The notes beneath the pieces are model-generated. The model saw only the letters and a program-made list of their open reading frames with translations, was not told the origin of the DNA and did not search any database. Below, one piece after another: positions 26,601 to 39,069 of a stretch of 64,000 nucleotides of DNA. A program made the translations under genes and the position numbers. Positions within the stretch are counted from its first letter, which is position 1. Every line of letters begins with the position of its first letter. This stretch comes from Magallana gigas (Eukaryota), in assembly GCF_963853765.1 (NCBI RefSeq), contig NC_088855.1, positions 13,082,001 to 13,146,000 on the forward strand. Reading direction: 5' to 3'.

Positions 26601-29600
26601 GATATCGAATTAAACGAATTAATTGATAGGTGTGATCGTATTTAACTCACATGCATCCTCAAAATTCTCGGTCGCATAATTTTTTTTAAGTTAATTAAGC
26701 TTTACTGTTAAAGCATTTGAAAAAAAAACTTTCATGCATAAAGCTTTGATATAGTAGTATAGTTAGATTCTTTGGCCTAATTTCCGTGGATTTCGTGGGC
26801 CATTATTATCCACAAATTCTCGCCGTCAACGAATTATTAAACACAGTATCAATAATAAAAATGTACATATCATTCCATAAAAAAGGTCCCAATGAACGAT
26901 TAAGCAATTGACAATCAACAAAACTAATCCATAAAATTGAGTACAATATGTATTTTTTTACAAACATTGCTCTTCATGTCGTGCATTTTCATTTTCTGTT
27001 CCATCATCGGGACCAGTTTCCACATCACAAGTCAGCACTGTAAAGTAGTATTCATATACACATACTGGTAACAAATACTTGCAATTTCATGACCATTGGA
27101 TTGATGAGTAACAGTACTGCTTCGTTTCGGAAGAATCTGATACAACTCAATTAACTTTATACAAGAAGTAGTATTTAATGTTTGAATATAATGAATACCT
27201 TTACGAAATCTTTCGAGAATGGGAGAGTCCCTCTTATAAAACAAAATGAAGAACACAATTACACCAGCCAGAGCCAAAGCAAGTATCACAAGGAAAGCCG
27301 TTTTGATGTAATCATCGGTGTCATTTCTGAAAAAAAGCATGTTATTCTTTATACATAATGAACAAAATTAAGAAATTAAGTAAACTCTAATCCTATACAA
27401 AATATGCATGCTATTATACCTTGTTCTATTTTGAAGAAAGTTTTGGCGAGTCTAATCAAATACTGTAAATTCCTTTTATTACGCGAGTACTTAATTCCGC
27501 GATCCCGCTGGTCTGTATCAAATCGCGAGAATAAAAAATCGCGAACGTTCAAATTTTCTCCTTTTTTCTTATAGTTTTCAACTCTCAGAAAATAATGGCG
27601 AGATTTTAAAATCCGCGAGGGATGCCTCTCGCGATTTTACGCAGATATTTATTCCTCGCGTTTAATTAGGAATTTACAGTATAGCTATTAAAAAAAGATC
27701 ATATTAAAATATTTTAATAAGATATTTAATAAGGAAAAAAGTTAGGAGTTTATTTGTCTTTAATTAAGAAATATTTCTTTATTTGCACATAATAATGGCG
27801 TGAGAATAACGAATGATTGTCTTACAAATGAATACCTAGTACGAGCAAAAAAAACTGTGCGCATCAGAATGTACATTCATAAAATACATTTTTGTAAAAG
27901 ATTCTAATTTTGTTTGTAGCAACAATCTTTAGATTAAGAATAAAATGCTTAAAATAGAGAAATCAATACCATTTAGGTTCTGAGACATAGGTATTGGCAA
28001 CAGATAACTCAAGGCAATTGATGTTTTTGTTTGATTCTTAAATACACATGTACATCTACTTTACTTGTAAAAGTGATATCAAAGTAACAATGTGATATTA
28101 TCTGCCGAAGATTACAGGACTAAAATGTATTTGCCGGCATTATGTAATACTGATTCTGATAGGAATTTATAAATTCCTAAAATCTAACCCAGATATTTTT
28201 CAGGTTTTTTTTTAATTCAAACTGTTTAAATTTGAATTTCATGAAATGATATTTATTGAACTTGAGTAAGAGTATTACAATTAAGTTTCACTTATGTTTT
28301 TATCAACATTCTTTCAAAAAATGTACATACCTCAAGTCCTTCTTGGTCACTATTGGTGCTGTTTCCGATTGGGATGATGGTGATGGTGATGGTGATGTAC
28401 AAACCGGACAAGCAGTTTGTGTCGGTTTTTGATATTTTAGTTTGTAACATCTTTGATCTAAAAGAACAAAAATGATTAGTAACTAGTAATTAGTAAAGAG
28501 TATTAGATTTTTATTTTTGACGGAGAGACCCTGCCAAGAGGTAATAAAACTAGGAGTAACAAATTTTACACTTGAAAACAATACGTTTTGTTTCTTCCCG
28601 CTGTGCTGTTTGTTTGCTTCATTGAAGTTAAGGGTTAAATAAGAAAATTCTGCTTCCAATATGCTTCTATTATTAGATCAATGAACTTCACCCTGGCACT
28701 GGAAATTCTTGGAAACCCTTATCATTATATTCTCCCTCACTACGTTCGTCCGAATATAAAACATTAAAGTGCTAAATGAATAAAAATAACAGATATTACA
28801 TAGATACGCTGCTCGCTAGCGTTATTTTATTTACACAAAAACACATATTAAACAACCACCTGTCAACCCAAAATCAACATTTTCCATATCATCTGCCATT
28901 TTAACTTAAATCGCAACTAGCGAGCGACCTTAGAGTGCCAAGCCACCTCATGGTCCTACTATTTATATTACCTTATCACATGACCCGAAACCCATTCGAG
29001 TACGTATGAAAACCCATCACGCACATTATTTTAATAATCATTCACACAGTCTGAGTCGAGATGTGAGAAAATTATAGTTTAAGCACGATCGGATTGCAGT
29101 ATATTCTCCTAATAAAAGCCAGAGTTCCGCCAACATCATTTATAACCTTTCCCATAGACTTAATTGATTTCTTAACTTTAGTGAATGCTCTTTAGGCCAA
29201 AAAAATATTTGTGTTCCGGTTTCCCGACCTACCATATTTTAATGCGCCGACCTTATGACACTTTTTATTCCAAATGCAAATTACCAACCGCAATTGGTTT
29301 AAACAATAGAGTCTAAAAAACGCTTGTAACAATTCAATAGAAAACACCACAATCATATCAAAGCGTTTTAAAGATTTTTTTGTGCAGTTTGACAGCACGA
29401 ATGAAAGTAATCCTGGGGTTCTTTAGCTATATTGTTATAGATGAGATTGAACAAAGAGCAAATGAATGTAAAATATATCCGAACTCTTTTGAAAATGACT
29501 GAATATTACTAGTATATATTTACATTCAATTAATATTAATTTTTCTATTCTATTTCTTAAGACAACCGATCTTAATTAATATCTCTCTAGAAACTGACAG

Positions 29601-31777
29601 GGCTGAAAACTACGCGTCAAGTTCAATAAGTCATTTGATCGATCAAGACTTTCAGCAGCATACAACAAATCCCGGACTGCACGAAATGACGCCAGATTCG
29701 CTATTTCTCCTATCTTAGGTTAGGTTGTACATAAATAGTATTTTAGTTTCTTTTACATTCTCTTTATGATAAATTCAATAATGAAGTATATAAATGTATA
29801 CGTACATGCATAAACATCAAAATGTATTACTTTGATGATCTGCACTGGCTATTTAGGTGGCAACCAATGCAGAATGAACTTACATATGTCTCGTTATTGG
29901 ATTATGTATTTTTTTCAATGTTCGCTACCTTTATTCCATCGTTAATCACTAAAGAAAGCTTTTCAATGTTGAGGTATATTTACATTTATATGCGTCGGTG
30001 GATGGGTATCTAGTTGGACATTTCTCCCTTCCATCAAATTTCAGGCATTCAAATCCATTCTCATAATTTTCCTCAACTCGCTTTTTGTCACTGCTGTATC
30101 TAGCACAATATCCTGAAACAAAAATTAAAAGATACATTATATATTGCAACTGTAACCTTGTAATTTACGATGAGAAACAAAAAATATTTAATAGTGGAAA
30201 AAATACAAAAATTATACTAATGTAGGTATACCAATATGCCTAAAAAACATCAGGATTTCACGTAGTTAATAAATTGACTTGAAAATTGATATAAATAGAC
30301 AATTGACCTCTTACATACATACCCCCCCCCCCTCCAAAAGGATGCCATTATTTAAAAGCTAACTGATCAAGTTTTTTCAAGTTCGTTAAGATGAAAGCTT
30401 TAAATAACTCTTTGTTATCCAAGTTTCCGGCAACATAAAGACCTGTGCTGTCAATATACAACCGAGCCCAGGCATAAGCCGAGGCTGTTTTATTTCATAC
30501 AACATTTCGAGACCGAGGAGACTATCATGCAACAGTCACGATAACTTGTGCTTTATTTCTACGCAACTCAAAGCTTTTATATTTCCTCTTATTTTTTTAA
30601 AGAGAGATGAACTAGGTCATTTTGAGTGCTGTTCCGTCTAACCCCAAAAGTTTCATAATAAAGATATATGTACACAGGCTACCGGTCAGATAGATATGCA
30701 GACGACCTACATATAATATTTTCTTTAAAACTGAATACACCTCTCTTATGAATAAAAGTTTTGGATCAAATTTCTTTCAATGAAAACAGTTATTAATACT
30801 ATTTTATTTCATATAAGAATAAGCAAATCTGTTAGGGAGGTCCTTGACAAATCCGCATTAAGATCTTTGAAATAAGCATCGTTTTGACTGGAGCTACTTT
30901 CATTATCGTTGCTAGAAAAATTGGAATTTCTTATCAGATAATCTGTTGGTGAAGGTATATTGATGAATAATGTCTGCGGCATCTCACTGATTATGTGACG
31001 TAAAGCATTCCAACAAGAATAATTTCTGCTTTTTTCAGCTCTTGCATGTACATGTAGTTTGAATTCACCCCTTGGAACATTAATGATGTTTTAAAGAGTA
31101 CTCTTATTACGTTACGATCTTTAGTTTACATCTACTACCTACCAGCAATCTACATTTCGAGTTTAATTACCTGAAGCCTGTAACTCGAAGTCTAATATAT
31201 AAATAGTGCCCGTTTGGGAGGGTAACAGTTGAAATTGACACCCCGAGAAAACCATTGTCAACCGACGCGAAGCAAATTAAGAAAGATTTACTGCTTTTAT
31301 ATAGGAATAACGTGAATTCTACAGCGAACTGTACGCGCATAATTTTCGCGCATATGTATGTAACAATTTGTAATGTTACCCGTTGCCAAGTGCGTTGGTA
31401 ACGCTGAGGGTAATAGAACGGATTATGAACTGCGTCTTCACCAATCAGATTGCAGTATTTAACATGAAAGTATAACAACATTGTTTATCTAACCCTTTAA
31501 ATACTAATAACTCACTAGATGCACAAAAAAAAGAAAGAAAAAAACCACGCACGCTCTCCAAAATAATTTTTCCCAAATATACAATGATAATGAAACCCGA
31601 AACTGTCCCTTGCTACCAAAGGAAGGGTTTGACCGAATTATAACACAGAAAAAATGAAATATCTTACAATGCCTCCTACTTTTTAGATTAAAATGATGTA
31701 GAGGCCACGATCTTGTTCAAAAACATTAATAAACTTTTTAACATGTATCACATAACATGTGGTTGATTATCATCCCA

Positions 31778-31841
<64 letters not shown>

Positions 31842-32245
31842 ACCTTGCAAATAGAAAATTGGTGCACAAATCTCCAGTGTCATGGTTTGCCGTTGATTTT
31901 CCAAGCAATGATATTGAAAGTTTTCTGGTTCTGTGCATTTTTGTAAACCTGCCAAGCTGTCGCAGTTTTTTCGCCTTGCAGCAATATTCCATTCTGTTTT
32001 GTTTTTTGGACAAGATTCAACGTACGAAATGGTTGGTATCGACTCATTGCAACCGTACAACCCTTCGCAAATCTGCGTTTAAAAAAGCTCTAAAAATTAT
32101 ATATTCTTAAAATGTCAAGTCAGTAATTCATGTTCTGTAAATTAATTTGAACAAATAGGCACTTTGTAGAAGTTTATTTTATCTTACTGTACATTACCTG
32201 TATGTAAACAGCAAAACTTAATATGAAATAGATGAAGGTATCCAT
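20647..32245 (-). CDS. Gene B (3' end not found): type-I membrane protein, uncharacterised bivalve Cys-rich ectodomain, long acidic Ser/Thr tail with repeated NPF motifs
   Basis: Phase-consistent exons: 32198-32245 (signal-like MDTFIYFILSFAVYIQ), 31844-32072 (..SCPKNKTEWNIAARRKNC..YHC..EICAP..), 29984-30112, 28331-28457, 27199-27326 (TM), then phase 1-1 exons 26966-27037, 26460-26552, 26198-26242, 25982-26074, 24721-25242, 22325-22813, 22042-22131, 21727-21819 and ~20647-20709 (weak acceptor). Stop exon not identified. Confidence 0.75.
26290..27090. repeat. ~510-bp intron+exon tandem duplication inside gene B
   Basis: 26290-26600 and 26801-27090 share intron text (aaacacagtatcaat..tcattccataaaa..ttaagcaattgacaatcaac) and exon start LTCDVETGP. 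Confidence 0.8.
27463..27679. mobile_element. MITE with TA TSD in a gene B intron
   Basis: TA|CTGTAAATTCCT ... AGGAATTTACAG|TA; internal TCGCGA-rich sequence. Confidence 0.8.
31194..31478. mobile_element. Palindromic (Crypton-like) element family, half-palindrome copy
   Basis: Reverse-orientation match to 58012-58349 (tataaatagtgcc.gtttgggagggtaacagttgaaattgacacccc..; aacggattat.aactgcgtc..ccaatcag). Confidence 0.65.
31781..31840. repeat. (GA)n microsatellite, ~30 units
   Basis: Pure GA run immediately next to the splice donor of gene B exon 2. Confidence 0.95.
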
Positions 32246-33004
32246 ATTTCCTGGATCAATCTTGTAAACAACGAATATTTGGTAAAAAACACACTGTGAA
32301 CAAAATACATGTAGAAGGCATTATATATTTTATTGTAGAATAACTATCAGCTCGAAAAATAAGCTGAAACCTAATAATTTGTAATAAAAAAAATAAGAAT
32401 AATAATAATAAAATTCAAACAATGAAAAAAGCTGATTTCAGAGGATCGTTTGAAGTCGCTTAACTTAACTATTTCTATCTTTAAAATGGCATACATTTAT
32501 AAAACACATTAAAAAATATCATGTTTTGTGATATCTCGAAAGATTCCATAAATAATGGTTTTTTTTTAATTTAATCAACGATATCTTAAATTTAATGAGT
32601 GCAAACAATTACATAACAGTCCTAACTTAAAGTGGTAATGAGTTGTTGTAATTCTGTGTTCATCGATTAAAAAACAAACACGTGATCAAAGAACAGATTA
32701 ACAGGAACTACCAGAAATAGGTCGTTAGCAATCCTTCCGCAATGAGTTATACATAATTCAAAATGGATTTGGAGTATGTATGTGTATTTATTTTTGCCAC
32801 GAGATTCATATACGGTAAATACTTTGACATTTAGATTCTCTTTTTATTATTTTTTTTCATTAAATGGATATATATTTTATGCCGTAGCCAAAATCTACAA
32901 TAGAGGTTTTTTTCAACGTCAGGTAAATCAAAATGCTTAAACTGATACAATGTACAATGTAAATATCATTATGACAGGCATGACTCTCTTTTTAGTGTTA
33001 ACAG

Positions 33005-33369
33005 AATGTCAAGTTGGTTATCATGGTTTAAATTGTTCAGAACCCTGCAGACATCCTAACTATGGAATTTTATGTCAACATATCTGCAATTGCACAGATG
33101 AATTGTGTAACCACAGCACAGGGTGTTTTCAGCAGGTTGAGGGTAAAACAATCGTTTCATTGTCTGAACATCTAATTTCTCTTGTTTAAATATGCATATG
33201 TAAATTAAATTTATTTCAGATATATGTATATGTTATTATTTTTAAATGCATTTAATTAGCCTAAGGACGTAAATCCAATAGTACGCTTTTCCTTATCAAC
33301 TGAGTCACGTTATATACTGCATTAGTTATAAGTATAATTATGGACTTTGCTTATCTGTTCCGTTAAAGG

Positions 33370-33445
<76 letters not shown>

Positions 33446-34207
33446 ATAAGTTTTATATTTTTGTTTTAGAATGTATAGATGGATACTACGGGAAGAACTG
33501 TGTTTCTCCGTGTAGATACCCGAACTATGGACAAAGATGTCAATTTAAATGCAACTGTAACATTACAAATTGTAATCACAAAACAGGATGCAAAAGAGGT
33601 AAATCTATTGTACCAAAGTCTGGCGATAAGTTATTGATGATGAATTGGAATTAAAAAAGTGTTTTAATGATATCGAACTAAACGAATTGATTGATAGACG
33701 TGATCGTATTACCTCACATGCATCCTCAAAATTTTCGGTCGCATCATCAATTTTACCATAAATCACTATTCTTCAAATTCTATGTTTAGTTAGACAGTTC
33801 AAAAGAATAGCGAAGGTGTGTAAAGGCAATAGCGTAATTAAATGTTTCAAAATGTTAATACTATATTTCATGTTTCGATAAAATATCTTATTTATATTAC
33901 ATCCTCAGATAACACTACGAAAAGAGTTGATTCAACAGACCTCTTTCAAAAGCACCTTGTAATTTTTATTATTGGCGGATCAGTATTGTTATTATTTATA
34001 GTGATAGTATCATGTGCAGTGTGTATTAAACTGATTAGAAAATGCAGAGCAAAAAAGAGGGAATGGGAAGGTAACTTTGATTCTGAATTTAGTTCCTTTT
34101 CGTATCACGACGATGCTAACACTAGGGATCCATCTGTCAGGTATTGTGATAACATGGAAGTCCGGAACAACAACAAGTTTGAAATATACGAAAATACAGT
34201 TTTTTAA
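33005..34207 (+). CDS. Gene C (5' end uncertain): type-I membrane protein with 2 EGF-like repeats, paralogue of gene A
   Basis: Phase 1-1 exons 33005-33142 (ECQVGYHGLNCSEPCRHPNYGILCQHICNCTDELCNHSTGC) and 33470-33598 (ECIDGYYGKNCVSPCRYPNYGQRCQFKCNCNITNCNHKTGC); terminal exon 33909-34207 with TM (LVIFIIGGSVLLLFIVIVSCAVCI-KLIRK) and tail ending EIYENTVF*. Confidence 0.8.
33376..33441. repeat. (TA)n microsatellite
   Basis: Pure AT run in a gene C intron. Confidence 0.95.
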
Positions 34208-37200
34208 GGAAAATGTTATGTTTCTATATTCACCAATATATGGACGTGTCGTGTCTAACGGTGCAATCGTGTGAAGAGACTTCCTCTTTATTTAAAATTA
34301 TACGGAAGAAGACTGTCTGTTACTATATATAAAAAATATTTTACATACTATTATGGAAATGTGTTTATTTTTCCTTACAAGCATGGTATGGCGTTTAATA
34401 TCATTCAAATTTAGAAAATTCAGGAGGGAACATTGTTATAATAATAACCGAATTAACTTGTGGTCAAATACATGTACATTAAAGCCTTCCTCGTTTCTCT
34501 AAATGGGAATGCACTTGAAAAGAAGATTTTAAGTGTTAATTATCGATTTGAGAAATAAAAATAACGTTTTGATCTTCCTAGTTCCTTAAAAATTGACTGA
34601 GTTTAATTTTGGCTATTTAAACATGCATTTGTTAATCAATGATAATAGCTAGCCAAACACTTGTGCTACTATTGAATTAGATTGATTTATCCTTTATACT
34701 GATAGATGTATACTTATAAAAATGTATTTGCAGTTTTCTTATAATTCGAATATAGTTGGGTAACTTTAAAATTAATTATTCATATAGACAGTGTTCGAAA
34801 GTTTTGATTTTTTTGCAAGAATAAATCACTTGGTTAGTTTTGATTTTATGTTTAAGGTGTTTTTTTTTGGAAAGGGGGGCGAGGTCGTAAAATTATTAAA
34901 TTATGTCATGACCTTGCAAATTTCATAAGCATTATCCTAATATTTTATTTACATGTGTTCATTATTTTTTGTTTGATAGCAGGTGTATTTTCCATGAATT
35001 TCAAGTAGAAATTGTATTGATTTTTAAAGTATTTAATTGGGTTCCATTTTTCACATCTTAACACTTTAAGGATTCATTTCCTGAACTGATTTTGGCGTAT
35101 TGTTTGTACATTTTTAATTTTTTGAACTTATAGAAAATGCATTGTTTTTTCCGATTCTGAAAAATGATTATGATTCCATTACGTGGTAATAAAACCATTA
35201 CTTGAAAAAAAAGCAAGGAACTTTTGTCTTCCTTATTTATATAGTATTATATCATTCTATTGCAAGGTTGCCTGAGGTTTAATTATAGTAAAATGTTTTG
35301 ATTCCTCTGTGATTTTCTCATAACTATGTTCTAGATGCACAAAATGTTTATGACATTTTGATATGGCAAAGAGACATATTAATCAGAGAGTTTAACTTAT
35401 ATATATATTTGATGATACAGTGTAGCTATATACATTATTTCTTTTGATTTTTTTTTTCACTGGCTACTTATTGAACAGATAAATGTAGTAGCATGGATCG
35501 TGTAACTTAATTCACAATAATTTAGGAAAAGCACGGATGCCAACAATAGTCCTTGGCTCCTGGTAGATAGTGAATATTCATTAAAAAATTTATCTGAAAA
35601 TTATTTGTGGACACCAAACCTATGCAAGCACTTTCCATCATTAATTACCACATAGCTATAATAAATAGCTAGATGTTTACAAATACAGGGCTAAGTGAAA
35701 TCTTCATCAATATGCTTTTAATTTGATATCAAATCAATTTAAAAAAATTCGAAATGTTCCATACACAAGATGTCCTTCTAAACACAGAAAACGTACTGAC
35801 TGAACTAACTTTGGTAGGTGCATTAATTGTGTGGCTCTCTGTTGTAACTTTATACTGGGTAAAGCATATCTACATGTATATCCAACTGATTTAAACTAAT
35901 TTCTAGTGTATTCTATTTCTACACATGTTCTGAAAAAATGAAGGTTTGGGCAGTAGCCTAAGGCATTTCTGCAATTGCTGTTATAAGTTACCCGTGATCT
36001 CCATGAATATCTTTAAAGTGTTTTTTGTCATATCGCAATTCAAACAATCCAAATTATTTGTAATTGTCAGAAAAAAACGAATAAGCTCCCCTTTCTGTGT
36101 ATGGCAGTTAGATTTGACATTTGTATTCAGTTTTCCAGTATAAACTAATTGTTGCTTTACTTTACATAACAGTTTATACTAGATATACCTTTATTTCCTG
36201 TATGCACGTACTGATTTCATGTACATACTACTAAGTTTCATTTTGTGTAAATTATCATAATTCATAATAATTATGAGTTTTCTTATACTTGTTTTTTATA
36301 TCGTTACTTTAACAACAATGCTTTTTTGATGAAATATATATCATACGTAAATTATTAATTACATTAATTATATACCATTGAAAATATGGCACTAAAAATT
36401 TCTGCCTTACCTGGACTAATCATGGACCCCGAAACACCTGGAATTTACCCAGGTAAACTACTCTACTTTCGTTTTAGCAAATGTTTTTTTAAAGTAAAAG
36501 ATATCGATTACGTGCACCCATGCGAATGTTATTGTCATTTAAATTTTAAATCACGTGGCTTTATTTGACCCTTTCAGTTTCGCAGTAACAATCGTGCCTC
36601 GTGTTAATAGTCTATTTCAGAGAATCTAGGTACTTGTAGTCAAATATAAATTCTAGAGGTTTATTGATTTTAAACTTTATTTTCATTAATTGGTGCGTAA
36701 AACGTGTCCTAGGAATAAATGTGACAATACAAATATAGTTTTTTTTCTGCTGTTGCGACAATTTACATGCGTAGTAGACATCCCCCTAAGAATTAATTTT
36801 CTATCCGCGCCTGACCTAGTAATAACACTAATAGTGAAACAGACTGTACTATTTTATGCAGAATGTTCCTTGAAAATGGCTCGATATACTAAGTTTTTAT
36901 GCAAAACATTCACCCATTATTTTTTTAAAAACATGGTACTGCACACCACAAGCATCAAACATGGCTATGAATTTATTAAGCAGCCCAATGTTTATATTAT
37001 CAACCACTCTACACGTGGTTGAACACGAACGGTAACTCTGTTTCGAGTATCATCGTTTAATTTAAAAAACCGCAAGATAATGAAATAAGACATACATCTT
37101 AAAATATACCTTAAAAGATGTTGATGTTTTAACATAAATCAAAGTAGGATATGATATGAAAATCGACCAGTACTTACGTATTTTGAGAAAATTATCCGAA

Positions 37201-39069
37201 CACTTATACTTCCGCTCGAAATTTCACAGGAACTGAATAAATCTCGGTGAAGTCTCGTGAACTTTCATTCGACAACCTCTGGATTTATTACATACTTAGA
37301 AACGATAAAGAAAACATTCCGAACACATTCGCAGGGGTGACGTGGTCAGTGTTTCTTTTTTAATTTCTAGTAGACAAGTAATTTATCTAAATTCTAAGAT
37401 TTCTCTGAGAAAGTATATCATAATATAAATCCCATGACAATATGAAGCCTTTTTTATTCCTATAAATATCATCTCACGTACGTCTGGGACAGTTGCACCG
37501 ATATGAAATATCAACGTATACAGGTAATATTTTTCCTAAGACAATATATAACAATAAGTTACTCTCAATGTTACCACGGATATACATTTTTCTAACAGAT
37601 AACTAAACACATAAAATGTTTATAACAAAAATGCACCGATTCGGAATTGATTTGAACAACAGGAACGCATTGTTGCATGTCGAGAAAAATACCTGTTTAC
37701 CGGAGGTCAAATTCTTTCTGCTCTGTTCATTTATGCTACAAGTTCAATAGGGCCAAAAAAGCATTACATCGTATACCTCCCACCCCTCCTAAAAAAACTT
37801 AAAATATATACATCCATTTTTATGTATGTGATCTTAAGTATCTTTATACTTTTCAATAGAACTTTATTTATCTAAACGGCTGGTTTATGCAACATTTTTT
37901 TAAACTGTGCCAGTTTTGTTCTCCGTTTTTTTATTTTGTGTAGAAATTCTACACTGAGTAACCAGTAACAGGTATGTTGAGCCATTCATTTAAATCCCAG
38001 CTACATAAGTTTTTTTTTAATTTCTGCAGATTTACCTGCAGGTTAGACTGCCCAAGTTAAAAATAAACTTATGGCGGCTGTGTGTCTTATTTTTTTCTTG
38101 AAGTTCCGCTTTCAAAACAGATCAAGAGTCAATTGGAAACACAAAATTACGGGTCAATAAGCATCAAGGGTGGTAGTCTGCGGAGGATGATGGTGTATTT
38201 TTATTAACTTGACCGGAAATCTAACTCCGTAAGTCTTTGGAGGTTTGTTTAAAATGATATTTTTTTCCTCGTGGCGTTATCTAAGAAACTATTGGAATAA
38301 CAACTGTGAGATCTTTAAATATGTTTGTCAATCTATATATAAACCAATCGTCTTTCTTGTATAATAAAAAATTCGGGTTGTATCGATTTTTATCATGGTT
38401 TTTTTTTTCAAATCGAAAGTACAATACCAGGGCGACTATGCGAAATTCTTAGATTTGTTATGATTTAATTGCCAGTTTTGAGTACAAGGTAAGATATACA
38501 TTATATAAAAAATCTTAATAGTTTGTATCGGTTTGTTTTTAAGAAAAATGTGCATAGGTATATTGTCCGCAGGTAACATAGATTTTCGTGACTTTCGTTA
38601 ATAAATAGTAGTCAAGTTATTCGTTCAATTGATTGAAGAGAATATATTTACATCTTCCTGTGTCTTTGAATGTGATACATTACGAGTCGATTTTGTAATA
38701 TATAGTCCAATACAATACGTCAATGGCTATTTCAATATTTCATTGCACAATTGAAGTAAAAAAAATTCAGGTAATTTTTAGCTTGAAATATCAACGTTAT
38801 ATGTATCGTCCTTTTGAAGACTTTTTATTAAAATTAAAATGAATCTCACTTTGATTCATGAATGCCAGACTCATATTTCTGACCGTTAAAAGTCTAACAA
38901 ATTCCTACATTTGACTAATTGTCCATACGTTTTATTCGTACAGTTCATGGAATCATAGTTTATAGACACAGTTTATATCATTATATTAACCTTTTAACAA
39001 TGGATTATTTTGAGTTGACAATAAATCAGCTTTATAAAAAAAACATTTTGACAATTATATATAATAAAA

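Noticed and set aside
27032-27198. Read-through or extra exon after the gene B TM exon
   Set aside because: The acceptor at 27137 gives a stop in the required phase; direct splicing from 27199 to 27037 keeps the frame.
5275-29984. Genes B and A as one gene (B exons 1-3 spliced to the phase-1 EGF exons of A)
   Set aside because: The phases are compatible, but this needs a ~24-kb skip over B's own TM and tail exons and has no support without RNA data.
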